From Octopus vulgaris (lineage: Eukaryota): 64,000 nt of DNA. The DNA lies in assembly GCA_951406725.2 (NCBI GenBank), contig OX597818.1, positions 95,170,001 through 95,234,000 of the forward strand, given 5' to 3'. Positions 1-12,284 of this stretch are shown in pieces. The position numbers and the translations under genes are program-made. The notes below the pieces were generated by a model. That model did no database searches and was not told the DNA's origin. It saw nothing but the letters and a program-made list of their open reading frames with translations. The stretch's first letter is position 1, and every line of letters starts with the position of its first letter.

Positions 1-54
1 GCAGATGAGAAATCAGGCATCTATTTGGCGCTAAATTTCGAAACCGGTACCAAG
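1..54 (+). ncRNA. Minimal type-I hammerhead ribozyme-like motif (U4A variant, 5' stem I cut by window edge)
   Basis: g-CAGATGA-[GAAAT..ATTTC stem II]-GAAA-CCGG-T-A-CCAAG; stem III is the palindrome ACCGGT. Confidence 0.5.
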
Positions 55-1241
55 TTGATCAGTATTTATTTGTTCTGACCCAGTAGAGGTAAGACGTTAT
101 TATTGTTCACTGATATTTTTTCCTGTCATGTCTGTAATAGTTTTGTGACTATTCGGTGGTACAGAAGTAATTTTGACCCCTATTTTTTCAGCGATGTAGG
201 GGCTCCTCTAGTGCTCTTGTGTATATATGTATATATCTAATATTGTATGTATATATTTTAGTAATTTGCCTGTACGGCTGATAATTCGCTTGCCACTCGT
301 GGGGGTATTTTATCAATACCATCCCTATATATATTTATATTAAGGTATATATATATATAAAGAAGGTTGTTTGTAATAACCGGTCAGAGAGTGACCATTG
401 GTTTGGTGCCTATAAAACGCTTAGCTCTATGAGTAGCGTGCTGGTCAGTTAGTTTTGTAAACAAAAAATATCCAGAACGAGATTACATTGGCAAGCCTAT
501 GGGTGGAGCAATGTTATCTCCCTTACATCGGTTCATGTCGACTTGCCCCTCTCCCGCAACATTCCAGGCTTTATGGCTGCAGTAGAAAGTAATATTAGAT
601 CTTTTCACACACAGTTCCACATAGCTCTGCTTAGGACAGTAACATGTTGGCATACCTACATCTAATATGTATGGATTCCAACACATCAAGATATCACAAG
701 CTGAGAGTAATTATTTAGAATGGGAAGTACTTTAGACTGCTGTTTCCCGAGGTATCACTACAATTTGGGGTGTAAAATAGACACAAAGTTTTATATTCTT
801 ATAGATCAAATCAACCTCTATATTTGATTGGTGTCTATCTTATTTGCTCTGAAAAAATAAAAGCAGAAATTGAAAAAGATATTTGCCAAATTGGCAGCTG
901 CATCTTCACTCATTTTATGGGTCTCAATCTTACGCTTTTAATGAAAATATTCATGTAAGGGAAACAACTCTTAGAGTTACTTCCCTTGCTCTTGTATTTT
1001 ATGCTACCTAAAGAATTCTCCTTATTTTCATGCTCTTTCCTACTTACACATACATGTAGTCGAGTCATTGAGACGAGTTCAATTTGGCCACTCGAGCTGC
1101 TAGATATACAAACCAATTTTCACTCAAATGCAGTCTGCTGGCTCAAATAAAGGATACAGATAAAACATTGTCTTATACATTTTATCAAATTAAATACGGT
1201 ACGTCTCCGAGGGAATGTATTTGATCATAGGTCAGCTGAAT

Positions 1242-1378
1242 CATACATACATATATACATACATACATATATGTATGCATGCATACATACATGCATACAT
1301 ACATGCATGCATACATACATACATGCATATATGCATACATACATACATACATACATACATACATACATACATACATAC
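1242..1378. repeat. (CATA)n microsatellite
   Basis: Direct tandem CATA/CATG units. Confidence 0.95.
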
Positions 1379-1499
1379 AATCTGACAACAGGAAATATCA
1401 ACCAAATACCTGATACACAAAAGGGAGAGATATGCAGGTGTAGTGAAAACGACCGTACGTAAGGAGCTGGTGACAGAAAGGTCTCCTTTTTAAACGCCG

Positions 1500-1905
1500 C
1501 GCGGTCGTCCCACAAAAGAAGATAGCCACAATACATGGTATAAAGGAATAAGTGCCAAAAGGAATAATGAGGACGACAACCGGTATACTGTTTGAGAGAA
1601 AGAAGACTTTATTTACAGATGTGTACAATAAGTGCGTTTGTGAGTGCTAGCAAAGTGTAGCATCTGGGTGCGTGCATATGTGTGTCTGTGTGTCCGTTGT
1701 AAGCACAACGGTGCGTGCAACAAGTGTTTGTGTTTGTGTGTTCGACAGAAGTACAAACAAGGTGTATGCGTATGTGAGACAATACAGTACGGAGCATAGA
1801 ACGAGTCTCTCAGGATATTTTAGACAAGTTGGAGTTAATTTACCAGTTCGTAGTAAGGTTACACAATTGTAATAGTTCTGTAACCGGATGCTGGGGGTCA
1901 CAAGG
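1500..1905 (-). mobile_element. LTR-like remnant
   Basis: Reverse complement carries AATAAA followed by sequence similar to 3288-3350; PBS-like TTGTGACCCC on the minus strand near 1894-1903. Confidence 0.4.
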
Positions 1906-2619
1906 CAGAATGCCGGTTGAACACATGTCGTGTAGCGATTGGGGCTTCAATGCTGTGCCAGGTTACTTGGCACAAAAAATCTCGCCGGTAGTGCTATGCT
2001 GTGTGAATATCACAACAGCGTGTAAGCTAAACCTGAGCGAGTTGGTGTTGGTGGAGATGAAGGCGACGGAGATGTAGACGACGTGAAGTTGAAGGACGAC
2101 GATGGTGATGGCACCGGCAGAGACAGGCGTCGTCGAGATGAAAACGACGGTGGTGAAGACAGGCGTCGTTGAGTTGCTGTATGTTGTCTCGTCCCGGCTG
2201 AAGTAGGAACTGGCTGAGGTGCTCTATGGTCAGAGGTTAGCCCTGAAAAGGGCTAGAACCAAAGGCGGTATGCTGGAACATGGTTGAGTCGCTCTTTGGC
2301 CAGAGGTTAGTCCTGAGAAGGACTGGAACCTAAGACGAGAAATCGTGAATGCTGGGGCTTTTTTATAACCTGAGGTGGACTCCAGTGAAACTCCAAAAAA
2401 GACTGTGTCATGGGACCTTATCCGAAGGCCATGATTGGTTGGATTACACACTGGCGCGAAATAAGTCAAGAGAGAAACTGCGCCACTGTCAACCAATCAG
2501 AGCAGTGTACACAATAGGGTCAAAATAGCTGAAGATGGTTGCTATCTAACACGAGATCATTTCTAATATATCTCTCAAACAGTGAGTATATCAGCTACGC
2601 TACACAGGAAAAGCAGTAA

Positions 2620-2800
2620 AATGTGACAACCGACGCAAATGTGTGAAGTTAACACCGAAGATATCACCCACATCATAAGCAGTTGTCCAAAAATGTCATC
2701 ACGGTGTTATCTGCCGATGAGACAATGTTGTCGCTAGGACACTGTGATCCGTCAAAAGGATAGCCCCGAGGACAAAGAAATAAGAAGCCACAGTATGGTG
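2620..2800 (+). mobile_element. Dong/R4-type LINE fragment (CCHC knuckle region)
   Basis: Reads EDITHIISSCPKMS, resembling the HxxxxC part of the knuckle of RLE-encoding non-LTR elements. Confidence 0.5.
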
Positions 2801-2879
2801 GAAGCCATACGGCGACCTCCATCTCCGTCGCCACCATTCGTCCTAACGTCAACATCTCTCTACGTAGTCGCCCAGGTTA

Positions 2880-3450
2880 CAACACTGCACTGTTCGTGAA
2901 CTACTTCACCACGGATCAACAGCGAGTATACAACCTGCGAGAACTCCTGTACCAAGTGACCCAGGCAGCAGCATCACAGCCACAACTTCACGTACGACAT
3001 GTACCGCAACCAGCTCTGCATCATCGTCGCAACTTCTTGATACAGTATTTCAACTGTCGTGTACAATTGACTACGAACTGGTATTTATCATTCTTATGTC
3101 TATGAACTTACTCCTCACTTCGATGGCTATAGATTCTTTCACTGTCTCTTCTTCTTCGCCATCCATGTATGTTCTTAACGTGCATATATCTATGCCTACA
3201 TACATACGCATACATCTTATTCTTATGACGGCCTGTCCATTATTCTGTATATATGACGCACACACAATCACACACGTTAACCTATCAATAAATCTTCTCT
3301 TAAACATTCTACCCGGTTGTGTCTCTTATTTCCTTCTGGCGCGTATATGCATTGTTCTATTTATATTTATTGCATCGACCGTGTGATGTACTAAGGGGCC
3401 ATTCTCATCACCTCACTTCGCACGGATGTCACAAATCGGCGACCCGTTCC
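2880..3450 (+). mobile_element. LTR-like remnant, inverted relative to 1500-1905
   Basis: AATAAA at ~3287 with downstream similarity to the reverse complement of 1530-1620; PBS-like cGGCGACCC at ~3437. Confidence 0.4.
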
Positions 3451-5045
3451 AGCTTCTTGAAACTACAAAACAATTATAACCTTCATGCCCATTATAAATG
3501 AATAACCACCAAATAAGAACACAAATTTGTTGAAATGGAGTTGCAGTCGATTCGACCTGCAGTAGACCTACTCAGATTGGTTGATGTTCATCCTAAACAT
3601 TTGCAGGAAAACATAAACAGAAAGAGATCAAGGTATCTACATCGAATGATTACAAAATCGTAAATTCTACTTAAGGTACCAAAGAACCAAGTCGGAATTT
3701 AAACTGGGCAGCGTGCTAGGGCTACCGCACAATTTATTTTATGGGCTATGTTTAGACTAGAAACTACAATGCAGAGGGACAGAAGTATGTAGTTTGTATG
3801 TATTGTCAGACAATTTGGTGATCAATCGTTCCTACAATTTACCAGTAGACTGTAACACAGTACAGGTTTCGTAGACCCTGATAATTTAGTTTATGCGTAC
3901 AAGGGACATAACTCTTGTATACCAAAGTTATAACTGTTTTATCAACTAAACACGCTTCTTCCCTGTCACTATCACTACCTCGTATCTCTTAATGAGAGTC
4001 CAATTATAAAGAGCTAGAAATGTCAAGAGGCATCTGAAATCACCCTGTAAACTCGACATTTGTAACAAAGATATCCACGAATGACGTAATCAATTATTCA
4101 ACACACGACTTTAGAACTGTATTCTCTCACACACATACACACGCTCACCATATGGGCGGCAGGATTAGCATACAGATTGTTTACCTGGGTTATTTGCAGC
4201 AGATTTTACTGTGTCACAAGAATTCTGACTTCTGCTTCTCTCTTTTCTCATGTTCTGCTTACATAATACCGACGTACATTCTGTTCAAGTGGAACATTTA
4301 CAGCATCAGTCTTTGTAAAGCTAGGATTGTCTGTATAAAATATGGGCACTGCCCAGCTTCCCAATAAATTTATTAATATTTATTTAAATACACACATCCT
4401 GCAATTATGTGTCCTCTAAACAAAAGATTATAATAAAGAAATTAGCATGAAGATGTGTCAGTGATGCTACTGTTACTGATGATGATGACGACAACGACGA
4501 TGTTGGAAATGATGATGGGTACGGTGATGGTGAATATAATGATGTCACTAACTAGTTGAACTATAGCATAACAAGCCAATGAGAAAGCCTCCATGGGGTC
4601 ATTTGTCTCACAAGAAATAGTAGCCAAATCTCTCTCAAACCACTGCCAACCTTTTTGTTTTCTCTTGAATGGAAAGGAGACACTGGCTTATGTAGGGCTT
4701 AAACACACTGTCTAAAAACAGAAAGCATAGAAGAGAAATGACAGCATGGTCACAGTTGTAATGCCTTTAGTTGTTTGATTTGGGTTTGCTCGTTCAGAGC
4801 TGACCTGGAGCTAAGCAATAACATATGCTAGGAAGGTCAAACTTTTAGTACCAGTTACATGATTTTCTCATCCACTGGGGTGATGATGATAGTGAGGGAG
4901 AAGATCCTGATCTCACACTATGCTTTTACCATGTTGTTTAGCAAAAGGTTAGAACTATTAACAGAGGTTGTTCCAACCACAGCCATCCTGTAGACTTCTT
5001 TTCTCACTGACACAGAATATATAAGATGACATTATTATTCAACAT

Positions 5046-5240
5046 TAAGGCAGTGAACTGGCAGAATGCTTAGAGGCATTTCGTTCATCTTTACATTCTG
5101 AGTTCAAATTCTGCCGACTTTGCTTTTTGTCCTTTCAGGTTCAATAAATTAAGTACCAGTGAAACACTGGGGTTGATATAATTGATTGATCCCCTTCTCC
5201 AAAATTACAGGTCTTCTGCCTTTGGCAGAAAGGATTATTA
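5046..5240 (+). mobile_element. tRNA-derived SINE, family 2 (AAGGCAGTGAGCTGGCAGAA head)
   Basis: A-box-like TGGCAGAAT, B-box GAGTTCAAATTC, shared central ...ATAAATTAAGTACCAG; many copies in window. Confidence 0.8.
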
Positions 5241-5793
5241 TTCAATGTTGGTTTACAGTTTCTGAGAGAAATTTTGTGAGACAAAACAAGAATGCTTTTG
5301 CCTCCCCACTACCATCAGGGCCGGGTTCTCTCAAAATTCTAAAGGACTTTAGGTTCATTTTTATTTTATTTTATTCTTTTTTTTTAGAGAGGTCCCAAAT
5401 ATTTACAGATCCCCCCTTGGCTCTCTGGATCTTTGATAGATGTATTGACTGCCTGCCCCCACCTTTCTCAGGTCCTGTTGATAAGATAAAGTAATGTAAT
5501 GGATGCTTTGCTATTATTTTTAACAGGTCAAATGAATGTATAGAACATGGTTTCTTAATTTGTTCATCCCACACACCACTTCATTTTTTATCCGCTCCAC
5601 CAAGAATGGTCAGAGTATACTGCATATCTACATGTATGTATATTCTGGATTTTATATTCTGCAGTGCCTCAGCATGGCCACAACCTTTGGGCTGAAATGT
5701 ATAAAAGGATTTCTTTTTATAAATACATACATACATGCATACATACATACACACACATACATACATACAAATATATATACATATATATATATA

Positions 5794-6648
5794 CTAGCAG
5801 CATAGCCCGGCGTTGCCCGGGCATGAAAGAAACTTTGTCGATAAGCAATGCCCTTACCTTTTTACCCCTTTTTATACTCATTGAACCGTTATTTTGTAAA
5901 TAACAAAAGTCAGTTTTGTAGGGTTCGCATGGTCGGTCTCAAAGTGATATGGTTTTGTTGATTTCTCCCAATACTTGTTAACTGCATTGACAAAAGGTCG
6001 TTAGTTTGACATTTAATGCAAACTTGATGTCCAACATCAGTGTAAGGAAAATCTATGTGAACTTTCAAAAATTATCGCAGAAAAATCGGTGTGCTATGTG
6101 TGCCACATATGATGTAATTAACAGATTTTTTTCAGTAATAACGTATCCTATTGGAATCAAAAGGGCCATATAGCTCCTTGGAGCAGACATGATGCTCGCT
6201 GGGAATTTCAAAAAAAATTCCTGCCATTTTGTTAAAGATATTGTCGAAAATATGTCATCTTGAATTTGAATGCGATTTCCCAAAATGGCATGATTTTATC
6301 GATTTTTTCGGATGGTAAGTTATTGCATGGAAAACTAACGTCAGAATTAAGTTCCTTAGGGTAACATTAAGCTTCACCATGAGTTTGTGAAGATCGATTG
6401 CAAGTTGCGAAAACTACAACGGAAAATGTGTTGCATATGATAAGCTTAGATTCTCGACCCCATGTCGAATTTATCGATTCTTTCAGAACTGGGGGAACTT
6501 TTCAAACTTTTCGCTGCGTTAGTTTTGAATTATGACATTGGGCTATGTGTGTGTCAAGTTTCATCAGAATCGGTTGAAAGCCGTAGTCAGGGTGAGGGTA
6601 CAACCTGACAGACACACAGACAGACAAACTGCCTTTTATATATATAGA
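5794..6648 (-). mobile_element. Non-autonomous Helitron
   Basis: Minus strand starts A|TC(TATATATATAAAA) and ends with the GC hairpin CCCGGgcaacgCCGGG then CTAG|T; GTCT microsatellite near the 5' end; no TSD. Confidence 0.8.
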
Positions 6649-6668
6649 TATAAGATATATATATATAT

Positions 6669-6846
6669 ATCATCATCATCGTTTAGCGTCCGTTTTCCAT
6701 GCTAGCATGGGTTGGACGGTTCTACTGGGGTCTGTGAAGCCAGAAGGCTTCATCAGGCCCAGTCAAATCTGGCAGTGTTTCTACAGCTGGATGCCCTTCC
6801 TAACGCCAACCACTCCGTGAGTGTAGTGGGTGCTTTTTACGTGCCA
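6669..6846 (-). mobile_element. RTE LINE/SINE 3' tail fragment
   Basis: Matches the 3' end of the RTE at 59669-59860, with (ATG)n tail. Confidence 0.85.
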
Positions 6847-7499
6847 TATATATATATATATTCTTTTATATCCCTTTATATATATACTTTTGTGTATTCT
6901 ATATTATTTTTACATATGTATGTAGCTTTAACTTGTCTTTGGAGCACTCAGAATTACTAGAAAGTCTTTGCTATGTAGTATGCAAGTTGCACAATGCTTA
7001 AATTCTGAACAGGCCTTTCTAACATCAGAGTCAACACTCTTTTATTTTCATTGCTATTTTTTAATTTTTTTATTTTCTCCTTTTACGTTTTTTGTAATTT
7101 TGCATGTTCTTTTGTCTCTTTGTATCACAAGCGATGGGAAAGTGGAATCTAATCACCAACCTGCACACAGGTGACCTTTTCATAAAGTTGCTTCCTTATT
7201 AACTCAATGTAATGTTGGGATTCAATCTTTCCATAAGTTGTCTGAGCAACCCTTTTAGGAACAGCACTGAGAGAGTGATGTATTGGACAAACTAAAATGG
7301 AGGGAAAAAAATCCAAGAAAGTGCTGCCTTGTTTGAAGATAACATGCAGAAACATGCACTGATAAAAAGAGAAGCAAAACAGGGTTTGCTTCTGGTCAAT
7401 GACCCCTCTTAGCTTGTGATATTTGCAACCCAAGCTGGACTAGTTAGTCATAAGTGGATGTATATACATAGGCCCTCTACTAACTTTTCACAATTGCAA

Positions 7500-7680
7500 T
7501 CTGATGAATTAGCTTGCTATTTGCAATAAGATCTGTGGAAGTAAATCTGGACTGACAAGGCACATGAAAAGTCACAACAATTTCCAATAGTCTTTAAAGT
7601 GAAATCAAGCATTTTCATGTTGTTTGTGTAAGACTTTGTAAATCTCTTGCTGGACTAAAAGATCATTTTCGGTTACACAA
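7500..7680 (+). mobile_element. Degraded C2H2 zinc-finger remnant, probably an RTE-type LINE C-terminus
   Basis: CNKICGSKSGLTRHMKSH and CKSLAGLKDHF, frameshifted, no splice context. Confidence 0.45.
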
Positions 7681-7862
7681 CAAGCAACTATTTCTAACCA
7701 TTTATTAAATTTAAAATGTAAATATTGCCTGTGAGTTTGTGTGTTCCTGGTTTTTCACTAGTTTGATGCCTTTGTGTATTAATCTGTCAGTGCTGATGTT
7801 GAGAAGAGTCATACTTGATTAACAAGTCGACAGCCATTGTGTGTGTCTTCATTTGTTCTTTA

Positions 7863-7982
7863 ACAAGAATAGTGTTGATAGCAACTTTGATGTTTCAGCC
7901 AGATTAGCTTTCTTCAATGACATCAACTCAATGAAGGCTATGCATGCTGAAACGTTGAAGTTTCTGTCAATACTATTCTTGT
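7863..7982. mobile_element. Inverted-repeat element with two degenerate hammerhead motifs (family A)
   Basis: ~55-bp imperfect arms; minus arm reads TTGAAGA-aagctaatctggct-GAAA-catcaaag-TT; same family as 53646-53739. Confidence 0.6.
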
Positions 7983-8709
7983 GAAAATATATGTACTCTA
8001 CATAAGATATTGAGTAATCCTTTGTTTAATGGAAAACTGTTTTTATTATATGTAATTTGACATAAAAAAAGAATAATTTCACATTTTCTAGAAGTTTATA
8101 AATTCTTATGACGTCAGTATCAATTATTGCATTTTTTTTTTTTTTTGCATGTTGGTGAACTTTTATGGGTTACCTTTTGCTGAATTATATACTGTATCCA
8201 CTCAGCCATTTTGTATTGAGACCATGGGCTGCCAAACATTTCCAATTTCCCTGTATTCTGGATCTTATCTTATGCAGTAGGAGTTTCATACCATAATTGC
8301 TCAGGTATTTTATCTCTACACATGTGACTGCCATATAAATGCAATAAAATAAAATTAAACCCACACCATGCAACATAGTTTGGTTAGCATGATATGAATA
8401 AAATGTTGTGCAGTACTGTAAAATGTGACCTCATCACAGCATTCTATACAATCTATTACGCTTCACTAAACCAGTCGTTACACATTAGTGGGAATGCTTC
8501 TATACTGATGTTTCTCATGGGGGAAAAGTAGGTTACTTCAGAATGGGATGTAAGTAACAAGCAAACAAAACTGCAGTAAAGTATTAAGTATATATATAAA
8601 TATAAATATATATATATACATATACATCATCATCATCATTGTTTAACATCTGTCTATCATGCATGCATGGGTAAGACGGTTGACATGGACACAATATAAA
8701 AAGTAGGTT

Positions 8710-8920
8710 CTATCTGTGATCTTGGGGGGACCAAAAATGTAACAAATATTTAGCCATATATGGACATCATCCAAACAGTTCAGTTCTTGAATTTAGACAT
8801 GTAGTGGAGTCTAAGCTGCTTTTCCAGATGAGCCATCTTTCTATATCACAAAGGCCGCACTTTCCACTGGCATTGGTGTAAGGCTTACACTTGGCTAAGA
8901 TCTTCCAATAGATATTCGCC
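8710..8920 (-). mobile_element. Penelope-like element ORF C-terminus (Naiad-like), degraded
   Basis: Translates WKILAKCKPYTNASGKCGLCDIERWLIW...CLNSRTELFG*CPYMAKYLL, matching the CxxC..E / LNxRxE..C pattern that follows the GIY-YIG domain. Confidence 0.7.
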
Positions 8921-8927
8921 AGAGCAG

Positions 8928-8992
8928 TTTTCCGCCCCGACATTCGAAACTCAGAATTTTATTATGGCAACCAAATAATTGTCACATATTAC

Positions 8993-8998
<6 letters not shown>
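8928..8998 (+). mobile_element. Inverted pseudo-LTR fragment with the 3' half of the family B hammerhead
   Basis: Nearly colinear with 51335-51405 (ttccgccccgacattcGAAActcagaattttattatggc...). Confidence 0.7.
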
Positions 8999-9034
<36 letters not shown>

Positions 9035-12000
9035 GTATATCTATGTGTGTGTTCTTGTGTCTATGTTTGTTCCCCCTTACTATTTAGTAACCAATGCTGG
9101 TGTGTTTATGTCCCCATAGCTTAGCAGTTCTGCAAAAGAACTGATAGAATAAGTACCAGGCTTTAAAAAAATTATAAGCACTGGGGTTGATTCATTCAAC
9201 TAAAATTCTTCAAGGTAATGCCCCAGCATGGCCACAGTCTGATGACTGAAACAAGTAAAAGGTAAAATATTCGACCATTTATTTATATATCTGTAACAAA
9301 CATGTTACTGATAGATGCAATGAATGCAGCAGTTATTAATATTAATAACATTATTTAAACTCCGTGGGACTGTGTGATATGTATCAAATGAATCAATGGA
9401 AGGAAAAAATTTATTTCCTACAGGTTTGGGCACTACTTAAATACAGAGGTCCCGTAGCGTTAGTTTTTTGGGGGACCTCTGTATTTAAGTACTACTTAGA
9501 TTTGACTTATCCATCACAGTTCGTTGGGTTAGAGACAGTACACAGCTGTAGTAGTTGACTGTTTTACAGAGGTGAAGGGATGTCTGTGCTAAGAACAGCA
9601 GCAGCCATGTATCTTGGGCCAAGTTTCAGACAAAAAGAAAATATAGGCATGCTTGAAGGAGAGAGACGTGCTGCATCTCAAAGGGAAAAGAAACTGTCCT
9701 AAAATATTCGGAGAGAGAGAGCATGCTCCTCCGGCAAAGTGTCAGGTGAAAGAGACACCAAGAAGCTGGGTGCAGGCCGGAGAGCCAAAGAAAGTGTTTG
9801 GGTTTCCCCACCTTTGAACCAAATTTAACACAAGATGTTAAGCTAAACAATAGTATGACAGTTGACTCCCACAAATCTCCAAGTGCCAACACTGAGAATA
9901 ATGAAAAGGAGTCTACAGAAAAATCTAGACCAAGGTTTCAACTCCCAGCCAAGAATCCTGGAAACAAACTATTTTACACGCACACAACACATATAACTGA
10001 CATAAAAATATCTCCGTGTACCTTCCCTCCGTTTCCATCACTAGCAATGTTTATTTAAGTAAAAATCAAACAAATCGTAAGACAAACGACTAACTGAAAG
10101 CTATGAACTGCTCAGTAGCCTACAAATACATTGAATTTGAAAATTCTCCGAGAACACCTGCAAGACCTCTTTGTGAGTCGCAGTCTACCATTGCTGCCTT
10201 AAGACATGGACATACTAGGCAGTTGCTTGGGGGGGGGGGGGGTCACAGGTGTAGGAGCCCAATTCTGATCTGTGTATGCTGTAAATAAATACTATAGGTC
10301 CCAGTGCACTCATATTCCTGAGAGCCTATGATGATGCTAAGACGGCACTGCAGTCCACCTGTAGCCAACCTCTGATTCAGACAGTATAGTTAATTTTACA
10401 TTGTTCTAGTTCACCTGTCAAGATTACTTAGAAATGTTACTTGATACAGACTGGTATCTGTATCAAGTAACAGCAGATTCATCTCACATCCGTTCAACAC
10501 AAAGAAAACAAAACTATATACTCGTCTTTAAAATCCCTACGGAATTTGGAGCATAATTTAAATATTTGTACATCGCACGACAGTTAAGGCACGCAGTGTG
10601 CTGGAGTGCATTGTAGCAATTAGGACATTATGTGAGACGCTTTGCACAGTATGCATGTTGCTGCTTAAACTCCTATTAGTTCCTCGACCCTAACCCTACC
10701 TTCGGCTCGTTGGCATGTTAATCTATTGCTTAACCTTCGATCACCAACTCACCTTCGGGTCACCCCTGATCCAAGAAATATATAAAATCAAAAGTACTCC
10801 AACCGTAATGAACTCTTTTTTTTTTTTTCAGTATCTGGGACCATGTTATCAAATATGTCCTTCCTATTCTGAAGACGACAAGGTGTGATTTACAGGATTT
10901 TTGATTGCTAGTTCTAGCAGATCGAGGTACCGCGCGGCAGCCACAACATCGGTTAAGGATGAAGGTGCTGTAGTGACGATTATGATGTTAGCAAACATAA
11001 TCAGCAACCTTTAGATTCTAGTTCATTTGCATCATTTTTGTGTTTGAGATTTTATGCCTATGTAAACTATTTTAAGTTAGGGTTTTATGAAAGAACGTTC
11101 ACCAATGTATGCAATACGTGATTTACACGTTCAGGGTGAAAGCACGGAAAACGATACGCTGGATAAAGGTTAAAAAGAATTACACTCTCAATAAAGTGGA
11201 GCTAACAACCTTTAGTTGCGAATTTATTTGTTCGCTCTATCAAATATAAGAATAAGAAGAAAAATAATCAAGAAACTTTTAAAATAAAGCTATATATAAA
11301 TATATATATATATACACACACACACATACATCTTTATATATCTATCTAAATACGTATGTACATGTGTGTGTGTGTGCGTAGATTTGGTAAAATAGACTGG
11401 TACAGAATTCAATACATCAGTATATATACTTTTTTATTCCTTTTAGTCGATAAAAAGTTTCAAAAATTACTCCAAGGCGGAGAGTTTCGTACATTGCACC
11501 TATCTATCTTTCCTCTCTCTCTCTCTCTGTATGTATATAGATATTATATATACACACACACATATATATATGAGAGAGAGAAAGAGAGAGTAGTTACTAA
11601 GGTTATATCACATGATATTATATACTTTCTAAATTAATTTCCCTTCACATAGCATTATATGTTTTTCTGCATATGTGTACACATTATTGAATTGTAAACT
11701 AACAAGATTAAAGGGAACAATTAACGCATGTTGGACACAAGTTGTCAAAATACCATTGCATGTAGTAATAATTTTTCCAGCGCAGTAAATGAATACCGTG
11801 CAAATAGAAATGTTGCGCGACTACTACTATGAGATACGAAACAACGGCTACAGCAACAAGGTTGTCTTCAGACCTTGTTGGAGGTCGGCTGAAATACATT
11901 TTGTACCGGTTGTTGGGTTCTTGTGGAACATAGATGTCCTCTATAAATAACCACTGCCACACTTCTATCATATACAACATATATAACTAGGTTTGCCCTT

Positions 12001-12284
12001 CTTGTGTTACCACTGTTTTCACTAGTCTTAATATTTTTGCTTATTCATCTGACCCCCCTATATTATTGTATCTACCATAACTACATAAATATATACACGC
12101 ATACTATATGAACACATTTGTCCGCACAAACGGACATACATACATTCTCACGCACATATACATAGAATCTTTGTTGGAGAAATTCTTATGCTCTGTGACT
12201 TTTTCATTGATGAAAACCTGTTTAAAACAATGCTTTTGTTGACTTCGCGATAGAAATCCACGTTTTGTTAATTTTGTCTTGGCA

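Noticed and set aside
3985-4030. Weak hammerhead-like TTAATGA...GAAATGTC
   Set aside because: Two core mismatches, no convincing stem II, and stem I out of register.
8767-8769. In-frame TGA in the PLE C-terminus as a possible selenocysteine codon (reported for some Naiad elements)
   Set aside because: The TGA is one codon before the conserved Cys, not at it; ordinary decay is more likely, and no SECIS was identified.
12279-12284. ORF-track start at TTG
   Set aside because: Eukaryotic gene; the first ATG is at 12285.
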